From a virus, in the IMG/VR virus record IMGVR_UViG_3300045988_076504, positions 32,001 through 96,000 of that record: a stretch of DNA of 64,000 bases; one strand, written 5' to 3'. Shown here in pieces: positions 25,401 to 39,100 of this stretch; position 1 is the stretch's first letter; every line of letters begins with the position of its first letter. Position numbers and translations under genes: made by a program. The notes beneath the pieces are model-generated. The model saw nothing but the letters and a program-made list of their open reading frames with translations. It did not search any database and had not been told where the DNA came from.

Positions 25401-28400
25401 AGAATTCTATTTTTAATTATGAAGATGATACGAAAGGCGTTATAAGAAAAACCGCAAAAGGTATATGGGATAATACATTTAATAGAAAAGATGCAAAACG
25501 CAGAAGCCAACTTAGAGACGATTATAATACATATATAGGTATCTTAGCAACGAGGTTGAACGAGATAAATGATTCCAAACAGTTCTTGGACGAAAAGACA
25601 AGAGATCTTATTTCTGCAAGATTTAATCAAGGTACATTTGAAGACTATGTGAACAACAATCAAGCTAATCCTCTTGTAGCGGAACTATCTACAAAAATTG
25701 AAAAAGATGAACACGGATATCATTTGGCTGACGCATATAAAGATAACCAAGATCTACAAGAGAAGTTTAAATTGCTACAAGAAAATTATTAGACTCACAA
25801 TTCGAATGCAGAAGTACTCCATAGTCTTATAGGTTAGATGCAGACGATGCAGCTTTTACAAGACATGGAGAAGATTAAACAACTCCCAGGAGGAACCACA
25901 CTGTCATCTAGAGCTAAGTTTGAAGTTGATCGTACTAAAAAACGACTTCGTGAGTTACATGGCGATAATATAAAGCTTGATACAGAAGAAGATGTTAAGA
26001 ACTTTGCAGCATCACAAGGCTATAATATAGACGACGATTATGTGGATGCATTAAGACAGGTATCTGATGCTAGAATGCAAGTGAACTTCAATACGGAAAT
26101 GTTCAACAGGCTCATTACAAATACGAAAGACGCTGTAAAAGCTGTCAAATCATTTAAAGAGAATCGTAAAGCCGATGAGGAGTTAAGATAGAGTATTGAA
26201 GATGATTTCTACAACAATGAAATAGATCGTCAAAAGTTCGAAGCGTCGGAAATAAACGATGATAACAATACATTTACAAAAGACGGTAAAACGTATGTTG
26301 TACGTGATGATTCTGATGGTGTACGTAGAGTATACGAATACGACTCTGAAAACGACAAGCTTGTTCCTACAAATAAATAGTTCAATAAACGAGAGTGGTA
26401 CGATAGTAGATAGTAGTTTGATGCTGAAACAGCAGACCATGAAAAACTCAGAGCTAAATATGACGATTATAAAAGCTTGCTCGATAAAGATGTAAATGAT
26501 CTGACGGATCAAGAGAAAGAAAGACTTGAAACATACAAAGGTATGTTAGATAAGTTTAATCGTTTTGATGATTCTGAGCAAGCAAGAAATAAGTATTTAG
26601 AAGATGCTTCTAAGACTCCAGGATTAAAAACAGATTATACAGAAACCTTTAGAAATTTATCAGAGTACGCTAGCGAAAAAGGATATACTCAAGATCAATT
26701 TGATAGCCTTGTAAACGAATTAGCAAAAACATCAAACGATGGTTATAGAACCAGAGAATAGAAAATACGCAAATGGGTTGAAGATGGTAGAGATGTCGAA
26801 TATTCTTATACAGGAGATTCTTATTTTATTGGAAGCGATCATGTGTCAAAAGAAGCTTATGATTATGCTAAATGGTTGCAAAAACGTAACGAAAATCAAG
26901 ATGACGTTGTAGAAGATGACGAAGTTTTGGTAGAGCCTCCAATTGTTCCAGAGACTCGACCAGAAGATGAAGATAACTAGAGAAAAGCTTATCAAAAGCC
27001 AGAAACTACGTTTACGCATAATGGAAAGCCTATCACCTTGCAACAAGCTTAGGTTTTAACACAACTGCAGCCGTATCTAGCATCTGATGAAAAATATCAT
27101 TATGAATGGCGTACTAGTGAAAACTATTTTATAGAAGAGAATGGTAAAATTGTAATGTACAATCGTCTACATAGTTTGTTAGATCCGTATATTGCAGATG
27201 AGCCAGAAAAAACAGAATCTATAAAAGAAAATACAAGAATATTACAAGCCGCAAGAGACAAATGGAAAACCGCTATTGACAATAACGAATCTTCTGACCG
27301 AATTAAAGAGTTAAGAAAAGAGTATGTTTCATTAATCGAACAAATGCGTGACGATTATAACGAAATAGTTATGCTCAAATATAGTCAGAATGAATCAGAT
27401 GTTAAAAGATTCTATTTAAATTTTGATGGATATTTTCAAAATGACGACATTCTTATAAGCGATGATGCTGTAAACGCAATGGCTACCATGCTTGCTCGTA
27501 AAGATAACAATTTGTTCGAAGTTGGATCTACCACAGTATCTGGTACAATTGTAGACGAAATAGCAAGATCTGTATTCGCACATTCTCGTGTGGACAATAT
27601 TCCAAGATTTAAAATGAGCGATGAAACATTTTCTAAACTCGTTAAAGATCTAGAGAAAGAAAGAGATCGCTGGGAATCACTTGGTTATACTATTGTAACA
27701 GAAGGATTGTGTTTCCATGGTGAAATCCAAGACAAAGATGGTAATATAGTCCGAGTTGCTGGAGAAACAGACATGTTAGCAATAGCTCCAGACGGGTCTA
27801 TTACAATCGTAGATTATAAAACGTCTAAGAAATCATGGGAAACTAAACAACGTCCTACAGGTGTACAAAGTACCGAAAGTGTTATAGACGCATTGGATTG
27901 GCAATATAGCAAACGCTATGCTTTTGGTAAACGACAACGTTCTACAGCAAGAGTATTCTATACAAATCAATTGAACGCATACAGGCAAATGATAACAAAC
28001 TGTACTGGATTGTCTGTTGCAAATCTTCAACTGATGGGATTTTAGACAGATATTGAAGAAAGTAATGATAGAATATTGTTAAACAAAATAAAATCTATTA
28101 GCGAACCTACAATTGTAGATATTGCTGTATTAGATCCTGTATTGAGTGAACATTCTTATATAGAACAACGTAGTGTAATAGAAGAAAGAATAAAGGAAAC
28201 TAAAGAGCGTACAAAAACCGCATTTAAAGAATATACCGATAAGTTTGCTGCTGTTGGAGAATTGATGCAAGACGTTCAAGATCCTAAATTACAAGCTTTG
28301 TATAAATATGCGAAAGAACAGATTGATAAGATTGGAGACATTGATCAGATCAACGACTTGGACAGATTAAACTAGCTTTATAATTGGATCAATAATAGCA

Positions 28401-31400
28401 TGTCCAGTTTACGTAATTTGGAAGCGGAAGCTCAACAAGCATTGAATGCTCAATCAGAAGATGCGTCTAGAAACGAAGGTGTTACACCTAACAGCAAAAA
28501 ATTCAATGCTCCACACAGAGTGTATAGTGATGAAGAGTTGAAACATTATAATCACACAGCACAGGATCCTAAATTCTTAAACGCCCAATAGAAGAAAGAA
28601 TTACAAACGTTCAAAGATTGGACAACACGACCAGATTTCGCATAGAATGTTCAGTTTGAAATAGATTTCGATGCGTCCGGGTTTATACATGGAGTACCTA
28701 CAGCGGGTACCAGATTAAAATTCAAATCTATAAGTTATAACGGTGTTAAATTATCACCATCCGTTGTGCAGAATATTTCATTTATGTGGTCTGTTGATCA
28801 AGACGCATCATCATTACGCCAGCGTCTTATACAATGTTTTAATGACAATTATGACGATATCAAATCTGGCAAAAAGAAAATCATATTAAAGAACGTACAA
28901 AGAACAAACGGTAAATTACTATTCGGTGATACTTCTAAAAATGTACAAGAAGCGTTGGAATTGTCAGACGAACAAGTTTCAAATTTGTTAAATTATGATA
29001 GCGATGCTGTACTATTAATATCGGATAGTGCTGGTATTGTACGTAGATTGGATAGTGAAGATAAGAAAGCCGGGTCTGGAACCGCTGAGCGTATTTCTAA
29101 AAAAGAAGAAAATAGAAACCGTCCTGGTATTGTATACATACAAAAGTAGCTGCATTATGCTGAAGATGAAGGATCTGGAAATAAACCACACACAGCTTTA
29201 ATTCCGCTCACGCCTGCTAAAATGTCATCTGGTGCAGTAGATCTCATAATAGATATTCTTACAAACACCGGTAAATCCAAAAATATGTCTGCAAAAGACA
29301 ACAACGGAAATTCAATACCGGGACCTATAAATAGATCATTACTGTTACACTACTTAATCCGTTTTGGAGGTGGTGCTGAAGCTATGATGAATAGTTTCCA
29401 ATTCAATTATGAAAGTAATGGTCAAAACGGTTTGGACTACAGTAAAGTATTCATAAGTACAGATAGAGGTTAGACAAAAACAACTTATAACTTAAAAGAC
29501 ATACAAGATGTATAGAAATTAAGAGAGTGGTTGTTAAATAATGCATATTTGAATGTACAAAATATATCTTTGATTCGAGATAATGTAGCAACATCTAAGG
29601 ACGGTATTTTTGCAGGAGTAAAAGAATGGTTTGATAATCATCCTGATGTAGAATCTATATCATACTCTGACGAATTTGTAATAACGAGAGATGATGTAAA
29701 TTCTAATATCGGAGGAATACAATGGATGATTAAAAACAACTGGTTGCAATCTCAGTATACTGGTATTACGGACGCTATTGTATCTGCTAATGATTTTGAC
29801 ATAATAGATCAAGTTCAAAACGCTCCAGAAAATATTTAGAAACAGCAAGATGATTTTGATCGAGCTGTGGAAGAGCAACTAGGACCGATTCCGGACGGTG
29901 TAAACGATAACAACGATCAAAACACAACAAACGATGCTCCGATCTCTTTTGATGACTGTGATAACGCTTGGGGAAACATAATAGATCCTAGCGCGACACT
30001 ATTCATGAGAAACCCAGAACATCCAAAACGACCGATAACAGAAAAACGTCAAATGGACAAAGCTATTCAAGATGTCAAAAGGATGTGTGGAGATACAGTT
30101 CTCATAGAAACGTTGGACAGTGTTCAAATGGCTGAAAGATTTGGAGATGCTGTTGGAGCATGTACTCAAGCAAGTATTGTGTTATCGTACGGTGCGGAAA
30201 ACGGAGTTCAATACCACGAAGCATTTCACAGAGTTGTAGAATTAGCAATGCCAAAAGATGAGCGAGACAAATTGTATAATCTGTACAAGACTAAATACGC
30301 TAAGAATACAAACCTTAAAGATAAGGATGTTGCTGAAGATTTAGCCGATATGTATTTTGATTACAGTAAGAATGTATGGCACCCGAGAAATAAGTTGTTT
30401 GCAAAACTATTCTCGAAAATATATAATTATATAAATGCTTTATTGACAACAAAAAGTTTTAAATTTGCAGCAACGTTTGTTAGAATTGATTACGGTAAAT
30501 ATGCTAAGAATGAAATAACAAAAGAAAATCAAGACCGTTTTACAAAAGAATTCCACAATGTACTGAAAATGACATTGAAAGATTCTACTGGTAAGGAGCA
30601 TGTATTTAATAATGTATATACACAAACACAACTAAAAGACGCTGTTGATGTATTGTTACCTTTAATAATCAAATCTCAAGGTATCGATATTCTTGGTTCT
30701 AACGCAGATACTCTAAAAACAGATAAAAAATCTTTGCTTGCAGAAGGTTCTAAATTCGCACAAATATATAGACAGTTAACGTGTGGTGATGCTACTGAAT
30801 TATAGTTAAATCAAGCTGTTGCGGAAGGTAAGTTGTCTCCACTAACAAGAAATAATGCATTAGCTTTACGAGAAGTGTTTGACAACTGGTCTCTTGTACA
30901 ACCGATGTTGGAAGACAAATTACGTGCCGTCGGACTTCGTTCGAAACTTGGAGATGTCAATCAGATAAGTGCAGATGTAACTAGTCATACAGACGATGCC
31001 TTTTATTCTCATTCTATGAGTGACGATATAGGTTCTGCGATGCTTTATTTACTTAGTACTATACCAAATCAAAGGTATGTTACACAAGAAGATGTGGCTT
31101 CTGGCTTAGCTAAAAACATGTATGCTACAGATAAAAATGGAAATATTATAATGGAGAATGGTAAACCGAAACGCGCTACTATTCCAGCAATACGTAATAG
31201 TTTCGGAATGACTTCGTATCTTCCATTTAAAGCTGTACACCAAAGAATGTTAACAGAATTGCACGATGTAAAAGATGTTCGTGATTTGGTAGAAAAACTT
31301 AAGAAGTTAGGAGAAGTAGATTACTTATTTAACACTCTTGCACAGTATCTCGAAAGATTTAGATACTTGTCATATATAAGGTTTTCAGATAAAGAGAAAT

Positions 31401-34400
31401 TTGGCGAATATGTAGGATTCCCTGTCGTGATGTATAAAAACGCAATAGTCGATCCGTCATATTATATTGCAGATACATCTATTCGTAATGAAGATACAAT
31501 GTATCCTAAACAAATACGCCTCGTTAAGGATTTAAAGGACAAAAAGGGCAATCTCATATGTAAGGCTGGTGATATATTACAAGGAGCTGCTATATTGTAG
31601 GATCAAGATAAACAAACATTAACAACGTTGTTTTATCAGTCTATAAAATCACAGAAGATGAATTTCAACTTCTTCAACATTAGAAATTCTAAAGGTGAGA
31701 ATGGAAGATATGAATATTCATATTAGCCTACAAATACAGACAGATCAATATCTCAGTTGCCTATAGGGTGGTTTGATAATATTAGAATAGGTCTTACAGG
31801 TTTGTATAACAAAGATGGTTCTGTTAATAAGTCTAACAAATCATTTGAAACGACAAGGCAATTCTTGATGTCCATAAGAAACCAGCTTATTAATAATTCT
31901 GGATAGGTATAGATTGGTGATAAGATATATAAAATGAGCGACGCCGCTGATTTCGATCATGTTGTTTCTGCTACTGTACAATCTTTAAATAATGTTGGCA
32001 TAATGGTAAATAAAGCAACATGGTACAACATGTTGCATCGATTAAATCCGAACGAAACCGATTACACAATATCGTTTAGAGAGATCATGACAGCAAGTAA
32101 CGAAAAAGGTCTTAGTATCGCGCCATTTATAGAAAAAGGTGGAGTATTAGATAAATTACAAAAAGCTGTTGATTCTGGCGATTTGAATATGTTTACACAA
32201 GACGTTGCACAAACTGGAAAGAGAGGTGGTTATTCTGGAGCATATTTATACGCTAGAAATAATTTTGTTAGAAGACTTGCTGAAGAAACCGGTGTATATC
32301 GGTCAGCAACATCTGAAATAATGACAATTGGAGCAGGAGATACTAAATTGTATATGTATGCTCAAAACAATACCGCATCTGATGTTACTGACGATTTGAA
32401 TTCATCTCTTAACGAAGACGGTACGGTTAGAGAAGGATCTATTTTGAGCGATATGTAGAATGTAGAATATGTAGTTTATCATGACGACCGTGGCGGTATA
32501 CATGGATCTGTAATAGCAAAGGCTTTATTAGATCCTAATTTTAATAGAAATCATAACAGACTCGAAGTTATTACAGAAGCCGGTTCTAAACAAAGATTTG
32601 GACCAAGAGATAGCGTAAAGTTTGCAGAAATGGAAAAACGAACAGATTATCTTTCTCGTATTCAAAAAATAACAGACGGTCTTATCATATTCCCAACATT
32701 GTCTGATAAATCCACATATATGACAATAAAAGGTTTTGATAAACAGTACAGACTTCCAGGATTTAATTACGACTAGAATATTACAGAAACAAGTTCTACT
32801 GCAGATTTAAATAATTTCGGGAAACTTCCGTTCATAAATAAAAACAACGGTGCTCTTATATTTGATGCTGCTGATAAATACAACAATTATTCTCAAAACG
32901 AAGTGATCGACCAGTTTATAGAGTATTATGAAGCAGAACATCGTAATGTGTTAAAAACGTTAAATGAACTTGGATTTGGTCCGGACAAAAGTAAAAAATT
33001 ACCTAAAGAATAGCTGGTTAAGAACTATCATACCGGTAGTATGAACGGTGCGAGATATACTTCTATTTCTGGAATATATGATGAAAATGGTAATTTTATA
33101 TCATTTAATTTTAAAACCGATTCCGAAGATAAAGGTGTTATTGAATGCAACAAGATTGCAGAAACAGAATTCTTTAGTAAGCCGATAGAAGAAAAAAGAG
33201 CGATTGTTGCTAGAATATTAAAACACAGACTTGATGACGAATTACGCGGTTTGGTTGATGCCGGAATTATACAAAAGCAAAATAATGACAATTCTTCTCG
33301 GAAGAATGCAGATTATAATAATTATAAAAACGTGTTTTTATCGAATAGTGTGATAACACAACTAAAATAGGCGTATTCGTTAAATGAAAACTTTAAGAAA
33401 GCTGCGCCTGGATCATTAAATACTGAAAGTTTAGCTGTAGTAGCGTATGTATACGATATTATGTGTAAACATCTGATGTGTATAGAAGAAACACGTAGAT
33501 TCTATACAGGTATGCCCCAGTTCTTTAAAACAAGTTTCGGAGAAGATGGTCGTTTAACTGTTTTTGGAAATGATGAAACAAAACGTTACGGTGGTGTCGG
33601 ATCTACTGGTGTAAACAATAGAGAAGATATTCCGGGAATGAACGATGATTATCGTGTAGCTGAAATAAATGATTGGGAAACACCGTCTCCGGTTTTAGAT
33701 TCTTTAGGAACGTTGTTTAAGATTGGAGAATATAGAGAGGCAGTCGCTAATATAAGATTGCGAGAGCTTGGAGAAAATGCAAACGAAATTTAGAAATATG
33801 CTTTGTATGATTCTGTAAATTAGATGGACGAAGATGCAATGCGAGAAGTACTAGATGAAGCAGGCGTATTAAAAATGCTGGATAAAAAGATAGAAAAAGA
33901 AGCAAAGGCTTTCTCTAATGTGAATGTAGCTGATGGTACGGCATTCATTAGTGACAAGATGTGCGAAAATCTTTTGAAACAGCGTGGCGCATTTACAAAA
34001 GCTGTTGAAAATGCATTTAAAATACTGCGTAGTGATTCTGACGATTATCTGAAATTGTCCCAGTCATATAAAATTATACACAACGCTATGATCTCTACAT
34101 AGAAATATTCAGCGTTTGGTTATAGAATGGAGAATGGTACACCTGTACATTATTATAATAAATATGCATTATTTCCGGTCTTTAAAGGAATATCGTACGG
34201 CTTTATGAAGAATCTGTATGAAAAAATGAATGACGCTGAGAATGGAGTAGATGTTGTATTGTTTACATCTGCTGTTAAAGCAGGATCTCGTGGAGCACAG
34301 CGTTTTGATCCGAACATATCTCAAGAAGAAATTAAAAATTTCTCGTTTAAGGGTCATATATATAAGTAGAAATACAAACATATGCGTAGACAGTTGAACA

Positions 34401-35236
34401 CTGATCCTAGAACAGACGAAATAATGTCTGCTGGTACACAGGCGTTAAAAGTTGTATTATCTACATTACGAGACGGATAGACATACAATATACTTGGACC
34501 AGACGGTTAGATACACGAAGCCACATCTTCCGAAGTTAGAGATCGTGTAATGGAATTACTCAATAAGATTGCTGATTCAGGGTGGAATAAGTTGTAGGAT
34601 CAATTCTTCACAAACGGCAACCTTGATTATTCAAAACTACAAGACTTCTTAATTCATGAGTTACTTGGAAGAGATGCTGATCAAAATATACTCGATGCTT
34701 TGTAGCTCAATGAAAACAAAGATGGCTTCATAGTAGATTTAAATAGTGTTTCTAACATGACTTGGGTTGAAAGTATTTTGACGTCCAAAGTAAACAAAGA
34801 TGTTATTGATTTACAACTTAAGGGAAACGCATTCTATCAGAGATCTGTATTTGGTATGGATAGTCCTTATATCGCAATGAGCGACGATGAAGTGTCCAAC
34901 GAAATAAATGGAGGAAAACCATTACAAATGATCAATGAAGAAGGTAGTATGGATGCTGTGGTATCTATAGATTATTTTATGGATATTATTCCAAAAGAAT
35001 ACAAATACAATTTTAATAAAGCTAAGCAGTGGCTTATAGATAATGGTATTATATCCGGTGTAAAAACTGGAGAAATAGCATGGAGCAATGCAGAAGCAAA
35101 CACCATGTCGTATCGTATTCCTACACAGGCTGCATCTTCAATCGGCGCATTACGATTTGTAGATGTGTTACCTATTGTCAGAGACACTATTGTACTGCCT
35201 AAAGAATTTACAGCTTAGACTGGTTCTGACTTCGAT
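22445..35236 (+). CDS. Giant virion protein, exon 1 (includes PD-(D/E)XK nuclease-like and HExxH segments; ends in ...TGSDFD)
   Basis: Twenty track ORFs from 22838 to 34757 are all in frame 2. Every junction I checked is TAG (about 40 in-frame TAGs by manual count). ATG at 22445. Exon 1 ends at U35236, the 5' splice site. Confidence 0.75.
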
Positions 35237-36162
35237 AAACATCAATGTCGAAATAAAAGTATGTGAATTGCTGGGAAATCCCTATGGGACAATCAGCAGC
35301 CTAGCCCTACGAAAGGGAAGGTTCAACGACTAATAGTATATTATATAATAATTCCTCATAAATTGAAGAAAGAAATGAAAAAGATTTTAAAAAATAGATT
35401 AAATGAAAATGGTAGAAATCTCCTAATTGCCGCTGCACTTGGAGATGGATGTATAAGTAAACAAGGATAGATGTTAATAAATCATTCTTGGAAGCAATAC
35501 GAATATTGTAAATGGAAACGAGAACTTTTAAAAAAGAACGGAATAAAAGTAGGTGTTTTACAACGTTTTGAAGGTTCAAATGGATATTTAAAACACACAA
35601 TACAATATAGATTTTGCATTGGTATTACACCATTTAACAAAGTTCTAAGACGTATTATGTACAATGAACACGGTAAACATTATTCTCGTAAATTATTAAA
35701 CAGACTAAGTCAACAAGGTCTTGCCTTGTGGTTTATGGACGACGGTGCAATATTACGTAGAAAATATAAAGGTAAATATTGCGGGTTCTATTTAAGAATA
35801 TCTACATATTGTACATCACAAGAAGCTGATGATATTATTAAATATTTTGTTGAAGAATGGGATATACACCCTACCAAAGTACATGAAAATAAAATAAAAC
35901 ATTATGATGCTTATACTATCAATTTTGGAGCAAAAGAAGGTAAGAAGTTAATAGATATAATTAAGCCTTATATGTGTCCAAGTATGATGTATAAAGTGTT
36001 ATATGATATCGAAGAATTAAAATCTTATTATGATATACAAGATGTGAGGGAAGTTCTCACAGAAAGTACATTAGAGTCTGATAGACTACTAATGGAAGCG
36101 CATACTACATCGAAAGATGTAAAGATATAGTCTAATCTTCGTAGCAATACGAAGTATAAATG
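35237..36162 (+). mobile_element. Group I intron (926 nt) carrying a LAGLIDADG homing endonuclease ORF
   Basis: P1: exon TTCGAU (35231-35236) pairs with GUCGAA (35247-35252), with a U-G pair at the splice site. P10: AUCAAU (35241-35246) pairs with exon 2 AUUGAU (36163-36168). Terminal G at 36162. GNRA hairpins CCC-UACGAAA-GGG and CUUCGUA-GCAA-UACGAAG. Splicing restores the frame and gives ...GSDFD|IDKLYM... Confidence 0.85.
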
Positions 36163-36163
36163 A
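35375..36163 (+). CDS. LAGLIDADG homing endonuclease (double-motif)
   Basis: ATG at 35375. Motif 1 is LLIAAALGDGCI and motif 2 is LALWFMDDGAIL. The in-frame TAG at 35468 separates motif 1 from the rest, so it must be read as sense. The TAG at 36128 is also read through, and TGA at 36161-36163 straddles the 3' splice site. Confidence 0.85.
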
Positions 36164-39100
36164 TTGATAAGTTATATATGTCTACACTTCATTATGATGT
36201 AGAGTCTGTTGACAACGATTATATCGATAAAAAAGGATAGATACACAGAAGAAAGACATATAACGCTAAATCTTACAATTTATCAGATGTTACAAACAAT
36301 AACACAAACGAGTTGTTGCGCATATATTTGTCTTTGTTAAAAGATACCGGATAGTACAAAGATGGAAAGATTGTAGGTGGAAGATACGGACACGTATTAA
36401 GAAGATCTATTGATAGTGATACGGATTTGATAAAAGAGGTTCTTTCAGAAATAGAAAGTAGTATAGAACAAAAAGCATACGAACCGTATCAATTTGAAAG
36501 TATGTCGTTTTAGGTTAATACCAGATCTGCATTTGCAACCGGTAAAACTGGTATCGGACCATTTGCGCTGAATAACAACAGTCAAATTCTTACACAAATA
36601 TATGGCATCAAGTTTATAAACGATGGTGGTATATTAAGTTCTTTCGGAGCTTTATCATTAGATAGGACTTCGGACGTTGATGGAAAATCTATATTATCTT
36701 GGATTTCTGGTATGATTAATGCTCACGTAGACGTTGCGAAAGACCCGTATATATTGAGATTAAATATCAATAAAGACACATATAATCTTGCAGCATTGTT
36801 ATTACGTTTAGGATTTGGAAGACACGCTCTTTATTTCTTAAACAATCCTGTAATGAGAGAGCTTTCTGCTATACGAAATGAGCAGGACGGATAGATTGTA
36901 AACGACCCTGGAAAAACTCCAACACAGCGTAAAGAAAAAGCTGAGAATGAATACATTAAAGATGTATTCGGTAGTAATAGTGTGGCATTCTCATACGTAA
37001 ATGCAAAACCAGATGAAAAAGATGATATTGCTAAACGAGCTTTTAAAACGATTGTACAGATATTTGGAAATCCTTTTAAAGAACATAAAGATACTACAAT
37101 ATTACAAAGTATTTGTTAGAGTTTGTATGGAGAAAATGGTGAGAAAAAGGTAACAGATCTGTCAAAGGACAAGATATATAAGTTGGAAGATGGTACAAAA
37201 TTATCACCATTTGAAGTTCAACAATATGTATATATAGCATCTAAAGAATTTGAATCTTACGCTTAGGGTTTGTCAGACTTAGTACAATATACTAAAATCG
37301 ACACAAAGAAACAAGGTATAAATTATACAGAACAGTAGAAGTATTTGCAAGGTTATGAGAAACTTTACAATAGCGGAATGTTTAATTCAAATCTGAAACA
37401 ATTGTTGAACGATTCTTATATACATACAAAAACAATATACGGTACTTCATTCTTACCTAGAGTATTAGGCGGACAAATGATCCATATGTCATATCAATTC
37501 CAAGCTGAAACAGAATCGATTTTGGATAAAATTAACAACCATTCTAAAAATTCTAGAGAAGCTGTACAAAAAGCAATGCTGTGTTATATTAAACAAAAAG
37601 CTTTCAATAAGGCGTTTAAAGATTATGTTGATAAATATAACGAGCAAAATAATACAGACTACACAATAGAGAAATATTGGGAACATTTAATAAAAGGAAA
37701 CGATACTTTATCTAATCGTATTTAGAAGCTACAGAGATGGATATAGGCTGATAATAAAGGACTGCTAAAAGAATTCGGTTAGAATGGTGTTATAACAAAT
37801 GCGATACTTAAGAACTTATATCCGGTACCGTACATATCTCAATATGGGCAAGATCACTTTGATATTATCACTTTAGGAAATAATAGCGAAGATGAAAAAT
37901 CTATAAGTAATGATTATATATATTCATGGGAACAGATGTTAAATTATACAAATAGTGAACGTCTGGGATTACAGAAATATATTAGAGATTTAGCTAACGA
38001 TCTTGCTATATACGCATTTATGACATCTGCAGACAGTAAAGGATTTACAAAATTCTTTAAATACGCGCCACTTCAATGGAGAAAAGAGTTTGGATATTGT
38101 GATAATATTGCGGAAGCAAACAAAGAATATCAAGAAGGTGGTCTCACATTAACTACAGACAATGTTAGCGAATACGGTATCGATTTCGATGATTTTATAT
38201 AGAATTTCTATTACGACAACAATATATTACCGGAAACGTCTTTAACTGATCGTAATGGTCGCCAACAAATGGTTACTTCAGCATTTACATATAACACTCT
38301 TGACGAATACGGTAATCCTACATTACGTACAGAACCTAAAAATATAATAGGTCTTAACATGCGTGGTAATAAATATGCACAAAGTATTAGTAAAAACAAA
38401 GACGGATACTTCCCAGAATATATAAAAACACGTAGAAACGGAACACGATATAACGATAACGATCAATTCCTATTGTATAAACTCGTAGATGTCGGAATTG
38501 TAAAGAATGGAAATGTCGAATTAGAATATCCAATATATCAAATTATAAACGCCAAAGGTTTACAAATGCAAATTGGTTCACAAACATATCAATTCTATTC
38601 TTGTGGAATGAATGATAATTACGAGCGTTCTCAATTTACCACGAAAGATAAATCTGGAAATAGGGTAAAGCCAACCATGGAGCAAGTGCAAGAGTCTTAT
38701 AATAACCGCAAAGCTGCTTTATAGAAATACATCAATGAGAATAATTATTCTATACTTGATGCGGTTAAGAAAGCAGGACTCGTTAGTAAGAATGATATAT
38801 TTGGAGGACAGTTATCTAGTATACAAGAAGCGGCATATAGCGGTATAGGTTCAAATAAGAATACTGTGAATGTTAACTTCGGAGCAAGCGATAATCCACA
38901 TTTGTCTAATTTTGCAAAACGTCCTATTTCTGATATATTTGACGTAGTTGAAAGTTTTATTAATTCTCCAGAGTTTTATAAAATAAAATCTACGGTTAAA
39001 CATAAGGCAGACACTGTAGAAAATGCGTTCTAGGCGTTAAAAGTGTTGTATTCTGATTTGAATGATAATGATAAGGTGGTTAAATTTAATCATATTATAT

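Noticed and set aside
35471-36130. Standard-code boundaries for the homing endonuclease ORF.
   Set aside because: Starting at 35471 removes the first LAGLIDADG motif, which lies in frame just upstream of the TAG at 35468. The TAG=sense boundaries 35375-36163 are preferred.
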